Shown: positions 10,437 through 18,789, counted from the first letter of the stretch. The stretch: DNA of 64,000 nt from an uncultured Alphaproteobacteria bacterium (GCA_943788635.1 CALSRA010000003.1:31203-95202), one strand, 5' to 3'. Numbers and translations: made by a program. The notes: generated from the sequence alone by a model not told the origin.

Positions 10437-11609
10437 TCAGACCGGGTCGTTTTCGGTCCGGCGGAAGGGCGACATTTCGGCCAGATACTCCGATTCACCG
10501 GCCTCGGCCCGGCGTTCCCGCGCCAGGAAGTCCCCGACCGCATCGCGGAATCCCTCATCGCGAATCCAGTGCGCGCTTTGCGTGCGTACCGGCAGATAGC
10601 CGCGCTGGATCTTGTGCGGCCCCTGGGTCCCGGCCTCGACCGTGGCCAGCCCGCGTTCAATGGCGAAGTCGATCGCCTGGTAATAGCAGCATTCGAAATG
10701 CAGGAAGGGGTAGCGCCCGTCACAGCCCCAGTTGCGGCCATACAGCGCGGTATCGCCCACCATGTTCAGCGCCCCGGCGATGGCGAGCCCGTCGACATCG
10801 GCCCGCACCAGCCCGACCCGGTCGGCCATCCGCTCCCCCAGCATGGCGAAGAAATCGCGCGTCAGATACGGATAGCCCCATTTGCGGTCATAGGTATTGA
10901 CGTAGAACTGGTGAAACTCGTCCCAGTGATGGGGCAGGATATCCGCCCCGTTCAGCATCGCCACGTTGATCCCCATATCGGCGACCTTCAGGCGCTCCTT
11001 GCGGATATTCTTGCGCTTGCGGCTGGACAGGTCGGCCAGGAAATCATCGAACCCGCCATAATCCCGGTTGTGCCAGTGAAACTGGTGCCCGTGCCGCACC
11101 AGAAACCCGGATTCCGCCAGCGCGTTCACGTCGGCTTCCTGCGCGAAGGTGACATGCAGCGAGGACACCCCGTAGCGCGTCGCGATCTCGATCAGCCCGC
11201 CGATCATCGCCTTGCGCACCGCATCCGCCTGCGGCCCCGGCCTGACCAGCAGCCGCGGCCCGGCCACGGGTGAGAACGGCACCGCGAGCTGCAGCTTGGG
11301 ATAATAGCGCCCGCCCGCGCGCTCATAGGCATCGGCCCAGCCCCAGTCGAAGACATACTCGCCCTGCGAATGGTTCTTCAGATACATCGGCGCCGCGCCC
11401 AGCAGCCCGCCGGCTTCGTCCTGCACCACCAGATGCTGCGGCATCCAGCCGCTTTCCTCGCCGACCGACCCGCTTTCCTCCAGCGCGTGCAGGAAGGTGT
11501 AACTGACAAACGGGTTCGCGGTCCCGGCACAGGCATCCCACGCCGCCCCGTCGACCAGGTCGATCCGGTCCAGCAGTTCAATGGTTATCGCCTCGCGCCC
11601 GTCCGGCAT
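10437..11609 (-). CDS. DUF482 / FemAB-like GNAT family protein
   Basis: HSQGEYVFDWGWADAY, YYPKL, LHFECCYYQAI and EAGTQGPHKIQRGY motifs; start placed at MPDGRE. Confidence 0.92.
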   Translation of the reverse strand: MPDGREAITIELLDRIDLVDGAAWDACAGTANPFVSYTFLHALEESGSVGEESGWMPQHLVVQDEAGGLLGAAPMYLKNHSQGEYVFDWGWADAYERAGGRYYPKLQLAVPFSPVAGPRLLVRPGPQADAVRKAMIGGLIEIATRYGVSSLHVTFAQEADVNALAESGFLVRHGHQFHWHNRDYGGFDDFLADLSSRKRKNIRKERLKVADMGINVAMLNGADILPHHWDEFHQFYVNTYDRKWGYPYLTRDFFAMLGERMADRVGLVRADVDGLAIAGALNMVGDTALYGRNWGCDGRYPFLHFECCYYQAIDFAIERGLATVEAGTQGPHKIQRGYLPVRTQSAHWIRDEGFRDAVGDFLARERRAEAGESEYLAEMSPFRRTENDPV

Positions 11610-11691
11610 CACCCCTCCAGACCGCCCCCCGCCGCCATCAACGCGCCACGCGGGCGCGAATGGGGCGAATAGGGCGAAAAGATCGTCATCC

Positions 11692-11951
11692 GTTTGCATT
11701 CATTGGCATCACTATACATCCACAGCACCCGCCCGGCGGCGCGAAAAGTTGCAAATCATGCGCATCGATTGTCATCCATTGACATTGGTTGTCATCGCCG
11801 CATTTTCCAGCCGTCGCGCGGAACCGGCGCGGGGTGGCTGGTGGAAAACACGGATAGTATTGGCATCGATTGGCATTCCTGTGCATTGCCTTCGTGGCGA
11901 TGGGCGCGCGGCTACGCGAAATGATTGGCTTTTATTGGCATTCATTGGCAT
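11692..11951 (-). repeat. Five dispersed copies of an 18-bp motif (consensus ATGCCAATSRATGCCAAT on the minus strand)
   Basis: Copies at 11692-11709, 11758-11775, 11778-11795, 11859-11876 and 11934-11951. Confidence 0.75.
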
Positions 11952-12383
11952 TTCCGCCGCCGAACGCGGTTGTTGTTCTGGTTCCGGCGCGAGATCGGCC
12001 ATGCCGGCGACCGCCGACAGCATCGCACCGTAATCCGGCCGGGCCCGCCGCGCGCCACGGCGCCCTTCGGGGACCATCCCGGTCACCCGCAGCTGCATCG
12101 CCACGGCGCGCAGGGCGGTATTGAACTGGTTATGCTCGATGACGCGTTCATAGATGACCTGCAGCCGCGCCAGCACCGCGCTCACATCCCCGCACTGCTG
12201 CTCGGCAACCGCGTCGCGCAGCTCGGCGATCCGCAACTGGATATCGGGCCGCGCCAGCAACCGGCAGGCCTGCGCCGCCGCATTGCTTTCCCCATACCCC
12301 GCCGCCAGCGCCGCCGCACGGCCCACGGGCCGGCGGACATATTCCCGGCAGAACCGCTCATGCCGCTCGTTCGGCTTGTTCAT
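11772..12383 (-). CDS. Orphan terminase small subunit-like protein
   Basis: N-terminus RHERFCREY...AALAAGY...AQACRLLARPDIQLRIAEL matches the TerS helix-turn-helix pattern; GGGAGG RBS; no large terminase or capsid genes nearby. Confidence 0.78.
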   Translation of the reverse strand: MNKPNERHERFCREYVRRPVGRAAALAAGYGESNAAAQACRLLARPDIQLRIAELRDAVAEQQCGDVSAVLARLQVIYERVIEHNQFNTALRAVAMQLRVTGMVPEGRRGARRARPDYGAMLSAVAGMADLAPEPEQQPRSAAEMPMNANKSQSFRVAARPSPRRQCTGMPIDANTIRVFHQPPRAGSARRLENAAMTTNVNG

Positions 12384-12408
12384 ATCCTTGTCCTCCCCTG
12401 AAAGAAAG

Positions 12409-12464
12409 AGAAAATAGGAATGTAAGCCATTAACGGGCTAAAAGTCAATAAATTCCTATATTCT
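12409..12464 (-). promoter_or_regulatory. Sigma70-like promoter of the terS-like gene bracketed by a 13-bp inverted repeat
   Basis: Minus-strand TTGACT (12443-12448), 18-bp spacer, TACATT (12419-12424); arms AGAAAATAGGAAT (12409-12421) and ATTCCTATATTCT (12452-12464), one mismatch. Confidence 0.6.
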
Positions 12465-12576
12465 GTCGAGGCTACATTATATCTAACTGGAACAAAATAA
12501 CTTCCTTAAGTAGAAATTCTCGACAATAGTACTAACTATATTTTGAAAACAAACTTATAGCTGCGTATCATAGACT

Positions 12577-13608
12577 ATGATTATTGAAGGAAAGTATTTC
12601 GATGAAATATTACGCAAGCTCTACGGAGAGCTTAGAAAGAGCACTGACACTTTCAATGCAAGCAAGGGCAAAGGCCAAGACCTTCTCGGGCCAAAAATCA
12701 TACTCAAAGAGCCGCTTGCCAGAATTAGCGCTACGGCAACACGAGGGCGATTAATCTCTGCGCTTGCAGAGTTTTGCTGGTATATGAGTGGGAGCGCAGA
12801 CTTAGATTTCATTCGATTTTATATACGCGATTATCCTCCCAAAGAAGCCACAGGATCAATTGAAGAGGCTTACGGTCCTCGGCTGATCGGCTCTGGTGAA
12901 TTTGGACAGTCGTACGACCAATTAGAACGAGTGATTTATCAACTTAAGAATAAGCCAGATACACGACGGGCCGTTATTTCGATTCTTCAAGCCAATGATC
13001 TTGAGCCTGAAAGAGCAGAGGCGCCGTGTACGGTAGCTTTGCAGTTCATTCGTCGACGCGGACGCTTGCACATGATCGCCATGATGCGATCTAATGATGC
13101 TTATCTGGGCTTTCCTCATGACGTGTTTTGCTTCACGATGATTCAAGAATTAATTGCTCGTTCCCTCGGTGTCCAAGTTGGTGACTACCATCATTTTGCA
13201 ACGAGTCTCCATCTATATGAGGAGGATGTGGATAGGGTTTCTAACTATTTGGGTGAAGGGTTTCAAAATCCTACGTTTGCTATGCCCAAAATGCCTAATG
13301 GCTGTCAGCGCGAAAACTTGCGTTTATTTCTCGAAGTCGAGAGATCTATAAGGGCTGGACATATAACTAAGGCTATAGAAATTAAACTGCCAACCTATTG
13401 GCGTGACCTGTCTCTTGTCCTTCTTCGCCATGCAGACGCGAAAATGAAAAGAGGGATGGGCGTGCTTGACGAAAATTTTTCCAATGTAACGAATGGATTT
13501 TACAAAAACTTCTTTATAAAGCGGCCAAGGGTGGCTTCAAAAAACCCAATCTTGCCAACGATTCAGGACAAACTAGATTTAGGTGATGAAAATGCCGGCC
13601 AGAATTAA
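12577..13608 (+). CDS. Thymidylate synthase-fold protein, probably a dCMP/CMP hydroxymethylase-like enzyme
   Basis: AEFCWYMSG, AYGPRL, PDTRRAV, catalytic PCT, MRSNDAYLGFPHD and SLHLY motifs; Asp at the E. coli ThyA Asn177 position. Confidence 0.88.
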   Translation: MIIEGKYFDEILRKLYGELRKSTDTFNASKGKGQDLLGPKIILKEPLARISATATRGRLISALAEFCWYMSGSADLDFIRFYIRDYPPKEATGSIEEAYGPRLIGSGEFGQSYDQLERVIYQLKNKPDTRRAVISILQANDLEPERAEAPCTVALQFIRRRGRLHMIAMMRSNDAYLGFPHDVFCFTMIQELIARSLGVQVGDYHHFATSLHLYEEDVDRVSNYLGEGFQNPTFAMPKMPNGCQRENLRLFLEVERSIRAGHITKAIEIKLPTYWRDLSLVLLRHADAKMKRGMGVLDENFSNVTNGFYKNFFIKRPRVASKNPILPTIQDKLDLGDENAGQN

Positions 13609-14526
13609 AAATAAAGTCAAATTTGAAAAAATATCCGTCCTTTTAGATGATGTTCCCAACGAATTGCTTCCACTCTCTGGATTAACTACCGCCGTACGGA
13701 AATCTGTTCTCGTCGGGCAATTAATCGATAGCATTCGTAGGATAGAATATCTTAGGGTAATTTCTGTTAGAGCAAAGTCGCCGAGTCTCCATACGCCTTA
13801 TTCTGGGAGTTTTGAGCCTTTTAGTGGTTCAGCATTGATGCATAAAACAGGACGAACTGACGATGCCTTTTGGCTAGTTTGCCTTGCCACTCACTTCGGC
13901 AAGCACAAGATTGACGGCTGGAACCTTACCGAAGATTTTTACGGTCGATTCGCGCAAGGGGGCATTTGGGAGTGGGCTGCTGCAAAAAAGGATCCAGATG
14001 CGGTTTCAATCTGGTTAGCGGCAGTCTATCCTCATATTACGAGTGTTGGGGCGCTCTAGGCGTTTCGGCAACCATCGTAAATTCGAAACCCTAAAGCCAG
14101 GATTAAAGGGTACTGGCCATGCTGTGAAAACCTACATCCAATGGATTGAACAGTATGGCTCCCATCAGGCTTTAATTGATAATGTACACAAACGGGTTGG
14201 GCAAAACCCCAAAGAGGTTTTCGCGTATCTTTATAAGGAACTCGACAAGGTTTCCAAGCTTGGGCGTCTCGGAAAATTTGATCTTTTGTGCAACCTGAGC
14301 AATCTTTTGATCGCGCCAATTTTACCGGACAACGCATATATCGCTGATCTCAACTGGCCCTAAAGCTGGCGCGAAATTACTATTCGGAAATCAATTGAAT
14401 GCTAAGAGTCTTGAGGCATCCTGCGTGAAATTAGCCGACCACCTTAATGTCAGCCCGCAGGTAATAGAGGATTCGTTGTGCAATTGGCAAAAAAGCCCGG
14501 ACAAATATATTTACTTTCGGGGTTGA
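13586..14526 (+). CDS. aGPT-Pplase clade 3-like protein (alpha-glutamyl/putrescinyl thymine pyrophosphorylase family, HhH-glycosylase-like fold); two frameshifts
   Basis: Removing one G at 14048-14051 and one base near 14349 gives a single ~310-aa ORF with AFWLVCLATHFGKH, RRFGNHRKFETL, LGRLGKFDLL, STGPKAGAKLLFG and IEDSLCNWQKSP; start overlaps the TS-like stop. Confidence 0.72.
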
Positions 14527-15617
14527 TCTGTCCAGCGGTATCGACGCTTTAGGTGCTGCATTTGGTTGAATCGGATGATTCCTTCATGTTGGAGTTGTCC
14601 GACAATTAATCCCGGCGCGACCCCCAACTTTTTTTGCAAAGTTGATAATCAAAAATCTTGAGTTACTAAGTGATAAAAATTCTTCACGGTGCTCCATTGG
14701 TACAATTATACTAGCGGCGTATTCATTCGCTTCCTGTTCGCATTCATCTTCTTCCGTTTCCGAGCTTTCTAAAATAGGCATTTTATCGTAGTGATGTAAC
14801 AGATGTGCTATTTCATGAAACAATGTGAACCAAAATTGATCATCCGATAAATAGCGAAAGCTGAGTTGAATATGTGGGATGTTATTTGAAAAAATACGGA
14901 TTGCACCACTCGCAGTGCACCCAATAGGTGCTCTCACAATTGCAAATTTTACCCTGGCTGCAGCAAATAATTCTTTCAGTTTTGGCAAAAACAATTCAGG
15001 ACTTTTATACCATGTTAAGCGCCGAAAATGCCGAAGTTGGCTTCTTAGAACACTTGGTGACCATTTCGGCGACCTTATCGTGCTGTGTCTCAATCTCGCC
15101 TTGACGAAGCCACGCCGTCGTTTTTATCTCGCACGATGCGAATGATGTTGAGCGTCGATAGGCTGCATGTTGAAAGGTATTTTCATATCTTCCTTGCCAC
15201 TGCGCGAGTGATGAAACGCCAAAAAATGTTAAGCATTCCGTGATCTGCTCGTCCTTTGACCGTACCCTGTCAATCCACCCGAATTTCTGCATATCTCTTA
15301 TGAGGAAGCCGATTCAGAAGTTCGGCAAGGCTGTTAACATTGGCGTTCTCGGGCGATGCTATGCTGGCTCGGTAATCGTGTTCTCTTGCAAGCCAAAACG
15401 ATTCCGAAGCACCTAGAGTGGTTGCTAATTGATTCGCTAAGATTCTATCGATTGCGTGAACACCATCTAGAAGTTTCTGCGCCACGGCTAAAGGTCGCCC
15501 AATTTTATGAGCAAATTGCTCGATCGTCAGTTCTCGTTCTTCAAGGATAGTCAATATTGTGTTGCCGGGGGGGGATACCCAGTCAGGTTTTTCCATGATT
15601 TCGTCATCTAACATCAT
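14511..15617 (-). CDS. HigA-like HTH fused to an ImmA/IrrE (M78) metallopeptidase; three frameshifts
   Basis: N-terminal PDWVSPPGNTI xre-HTH, AWLRQGE, FWFTLFHEIAHLL (HExxH), EQEANEYA and C-terminal LGVAPGLIVGQLQH...LKRRYRW, after removing single extra bases near 15302, 15063-15065 and the A7 run at 14629-14635. Confidence 0.85.
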
Positions 15618-15912
15618 TGATCCCCATCACCTTTACTCGTCCTACCGTAGACCAGTCGTAGATGTTGCCATCTTCGGCAGCCGTATAGTTTGGGGCCATT
15701 AGAATCGAAATGAGATCCGGGACGGTAAGCGTACACAAATTTCCTTCGAAAATTACCTGACCTACCGGAAGCTCAAACACGTTACTTGCTGCCTGAATAT
15801 CAGAATGCCGTGCCTGCATAGAGACTGCTGCCTCTTTCCCCAAATACTTTATTGCAACAGAAGAGTGAAAGCAAATTTCTTGGAGGATTTGGGAGTTGTA
15901 TGAAATTAACAA
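15604..15912 (-). CDS. HigB-like (killer-suppression family) protein
   Basis: 102 aa, TTG start, pattern ISY...LQEIC...A.KYLG..AA...ARHSDIQAA.N..EL; stop overlaps the start of the HTH-IrrE gene in toxin-first order. Confidence 0.68.
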   Translation of the reverse strand: MLISYNSQILQEICFHSSVAIKYLGKEAAVSMQARHSDIQAASNVFELPVGQVIFEGNLCTLTVPDLISILMAPNYTAAEDGNIYDWSTVGRVKVMGINDVR

Positions 15913-15931
15913 AATTTTCTCTCTATACTGC

Positions 15932-15957
15932 CCAACTATACTTAAATTATTAGTTGG
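15932..15957. promoter_or_regulatory. Palindromic operator upstream of the higB-like gene
   Basis: CCAACTA-N12-TAGTTGG lying just downstream of a minus-strand TTGACC (15963-15968). Confidence 0.55.
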
Positions 15958-16460
15958 CGCAGGGTCAAGAGACGCTATTTCTTTCTAAAAGACCTTAACT
16001 AACCAGATTCGAACGGACAATACGCATTATTTTTCATTCTTTTTCTAGGCGTGCGATTGAGAGGGGGACGGGCAGTTTTGACGTTTACCTCGTCTCATAC
16101 CGTCTGTTCGGTTGTCAACTCTCGCTCCTTCGACACGCGGTCGAGGCCTTCAAAAATAATATCGATAGCATTGTCGTCGAATGGGCGCGTCTCGCCGCTG
16201 ATATCCGCTGTGCGCGGGGCGGATTCCTGCCCTAGGTGCAGGAATCCCGCGATCAATTTTACGGCGATAGTGCACTATTTTGGTCGTAATTCATTCTCCG
16301 TCAGGCGGTAGCTGGGGCGGACCTCGCGGAAGTGCCGGTTTCTCCCCGTCAAAACAATCCCCCCGGTTGATCTCCCCCACCCCCCCGCCGGTAAGCTTCG
16401 CGCGTCCCTTCGGGGGCGCTGTATCTTGTGACATTGTGACCATGGCTTCGGGGGAGGCGA

Positions 16461-17684
16461 ATGATGACCGGACAGACGGGACCGCTGGCGGGGATTCGGG
16501 CCGTGACGTGTTCGACGGCGCAGGCGGGCACGGTGCCCTATATGCTGATGGCCGACCTGGGCGCCGAGGTGATCAAGATCGAGGCGCCGGGCGCCGGGGA
16601 TCATTCGCGTACGGCGGGGGAGCTGCTGGGGGAGAACGGGGAGATTTCGTCGTTCTTTGAAACCAACAACCGTGGCGTGAAGAGCCTGACCCTGAACCTG
16701 AAAAGCGATGAGGGGCGGGCGATCCTGTACAAGCTGGTCGAGCAGGCGGATGTGTTCGGGCAGAACTTCCGGCCCAGCGCGGCCGAACGCAACGGCTTTG
16801 ACTACGAGACGCTGAAGAAGATCAACCCGAAGATCGTCTATGCCTCCGTGTCCGGCTACGGGCAATTGGGGCCCGAGGCGGACCTGCCCGGGACCGATGC
16901 GGTCGGGCAGGCGCTGAGCGGCATCGCCGAGGCGTATTCGGCGCCGGGCCAGCAGATGCGCACCGGCGTGGTGTCCGTCGCCGACGAATCATGCGCCATG
17001 CTGACCTTCGGCGGGTTGCTGGCGGCGCTGATCCATGCGCGCACCACCGGGGTCGGGCAGAAGGTCGAAACCTCGCTGGTCGGCAGTGCGGTGCGGCTGA
17101 TGGGCTGGACCATGACCACGACCATGTGGCGCGACAAGAACCCGATCACCGGCGCGCGAATCAACGGCACCCGCGACATGCCCGGCATCGCCGCCAGTTT
17201 CAATGATATTAACGGCAAGCCATTGGTTTTCCAGCTTGATCACCGGCACTGGAAACAGGCGATGGATGCGCTGGGTTTCTGGGACACGCTGGCGGAACGC
17301 GGCGCCAGCGACCTTGGCCTGGCGCTGGAAAGTGCGGCGGCGAAGGACCTGATCCTGGGGACGCTGGCGGAGCTGTTTGCGACCGGGCCGCGCGACCGCT
17401 GGGTGGAGATCCTGCGCGGGGCGGATATCGTTTCGGCGCCGATCAACACGCTGCTGGAAGCCTCGAACGACCCCAATGTGCTGGCCAACGGCTATATCGA
17501 CGAGGTCGAATACCCCGAGTTGGGTAAGAGCCTGAAGGTGCATGGCTCGCCCTGGCAGTTTTCCGAAACCCCGCCGGTGCTGGGCCGCGCGCCGAAGCTG
17601 GGCGAGCACAATGCCGAGGTGCTGGAAGGGCTGGGATTCAGCGCCGCGGAAATCGCCGGATTGACGGCGCGCAAGATCATCTGA
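16461..17684 (+). CDS. CaiB/BaiF family III CoA-transferase
   Basis: PLAGIR, ADLGAEVIKIEAP, QNFRP, SVSGYGQLGP and APKLGEHN motifs. Confidence 0.93.
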   Translation: MMTGQTGPLAGIRAVTCSTAQAGTVPYMLMADLGAEVIKIEAPGAGDHSRTAGELLGENGEISSFFETNNRGVKSLTLNLKSDEGRAILYKLVEQADVFGQNFRPSAAERNGFDYETLKKINPKIVYASVSGYGQLGPEADLPGTDAVGQALSGIAEAYSAPGQQMRTGVVSVADESCAMLTFGGLLAALIHARTTGVGQKVETSLVGSAVRLMGWTMTTTMWRDKNPITGARINGTRDMPGIAASFNDINGKPLVFQLDHRHWKQAMDALGFWDTLAERGASDLGLALESAAAKDLILGTLAELFATGPRDRWVEILRGADIVSAPINTLLEASNDPNVLANGYIDEVEYPELGKSLKVHGSPWQFSETPPVLGRAPKLGEHNAEVLEGLGFSAAEIAGLTARKII

Positions 17685-17804
17685 CGTTGTGCGTTGCAGC
17701 GTACGGGATGTTTGACAGAAGGGCTGCAACTTGGCTTACTCCCACGCGGATAAAACGCTCGCAATACAAGAAGCGTAATCTTCAATCTCAAGGGAGGAAC
17801 AAGG

Positions 17805-18764
17805 ATGAAACACCTTACAACTCTGGCGCTGGCTGCGGCCGGCGCGGCGTTCGCCGTAATCGGCGCGGTCGCCGAAGATTTTCCGTCGAAAACGATTGAG
17901 GTCGTGACCCATGCCGGTGCCGGCGGCGGGACGGACGTCAACAGCCGCATGATGATGCTGCGCGGACGGCGCACGATCGGCGACATGGTCGTGGTCAACA
18001 AGCGGGGCGGGCCGAGCGGCGCGCTGGCGATGCAGTATTTCAAGACACGCCCGGCCGATGGCCACACGATCATGACCTTTACCAACGGTCATGCGCTGAC
18101 CATTGCCCTGGGCAAGAGCGACCTGAAGATCGAGGATATGCGGCCGCTGGCGCGTGGAACCAATGATCCGCAGCTGCTGATGGTGAGCTGCAAGGCGTCG
18201 CCCTACAAGAATTCGGACGAATTCCTGGCCGGCGCGCGCAAGACCAAGCTGAAATACGGCACCACCAATATCGGCGGGCTGGACCACATCACCGCCTATA
18301 TCTTTGCCAAGCGGGCCGGTGCGCCGGATCCGGTTATCGTACCGTTCAAGGGCGGCGGCGAACTGGCGACGCAGCTTGTTGCGGGGTCCATCGATGTCGG
18401 CGTGCTGAACCTGTCGGAAGCCTCCGCACAGATCGAAGCGGGCGATATCTGCCCGATGCTTGTGCTGGATGAAGGCCGCATGGCGCCGATCCCCGATGTG
18501 AAGACCGCCAAGGAATTGGGCGTCAATGTTGTCTTCGCGACGGTGCGCGGCTTCGTCACCCATGCGGGCGTGCCGGATGACCGGGCGAAGAAGATGGAAG
18601 ACGGCATGCTGAAGTCGATGAGCCACAGCGTTTATCAGGCTTATCTGGTGTCGTCGGGCCTCGACAATACCTCGGTGCTGGGCGCGGATGCCTGGGGCAA
18701 GCAGATGAAGCAGCTGCTGGCAGACCTGATCCCGGCCGCGAAGGAAATGGGTCTGGTCAAATAG
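17805..18764 (+). CDS. tctC: Tripartite tricarboxylate transporter substrate-binding protein
   Basis: Signal peptide, FPSKTIEVV..AGGGTD, VVNKRGG and VPFKGGGE motifs. Confidence 0.9.
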   Translation: MKHLTTLALAAAGAAFAVIGAVAEDFPSKTIEVVTHAGAGGGTDVNSRMMMLRGRRTIGDMVVVNKRGGPSGALAMQYFKTRPADGHTIMTFTNGHALTIALGKSDLKIEDMRPLARGTNDPQLLMVSCKASPYKNSDEFLAGARKTKLKYGTTNIGGLDHITAYIFAKRAGAPDPVIVPFKGGGELATQLVAGSIDVGVLNLSEASAQIEAGDICPMLVLDEGRMAPIPDVKTAKELGVNVVFATVRGFVTHAGVPDDRAKKMEDGMLKSMSHSVYQAYLVSSGLDNTSVLGADAWGKQMKQLLADLIPAAKEMGLVK

Positions 18765-18789
18765 GCCTGTCGCTTCGGAAGACCACGTC

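Larger units (their letters stand above)
12470..16050. mobile_element. Low-GC genomic islet of four genes; no integrase or att site seen
   Basis: Hand counts: 23/60 GC in the line starting 13621 and 29/60 at 12961, against 42/60 at 12181 in the flank; boundaries approximate. Confidence 0.8.

Noticed and set aside
11692-11951. Possible degenerate CRISPR array
   Set aside because: Repeats are only 18 bp, divergent and irregularly spaced (gaps of 2 to 63 bp); kept as a binding-site or peptide-repeat candidate instead.
12401-12505. LexA (GAAC-N7-GAAC) box at the terS-like promoter
   Set aside because: Only partial matches; the inverted repeat describes the site better.
12577-13608. Housekeeping thyA
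   Set aside because: Asp instead of Asn at the specificity position, PCT rather than PCH, foreign GC content and no adjacent folA.
11772-16050. Prophage
   Set aside because: No integrase, large terminase, portal, capsid or tail genes, no tRNA target and no flanking direct repeats that I could find.
16115-16260. Short minus-strand ORF remnant and GGATTCCTGC/GCAGGAATCC hairpin at the right island edge
   Set aside because: About 45 codons with no recognisable family or RBS; the hairpin occurs once, so it cannot be called an IS end or REP element.
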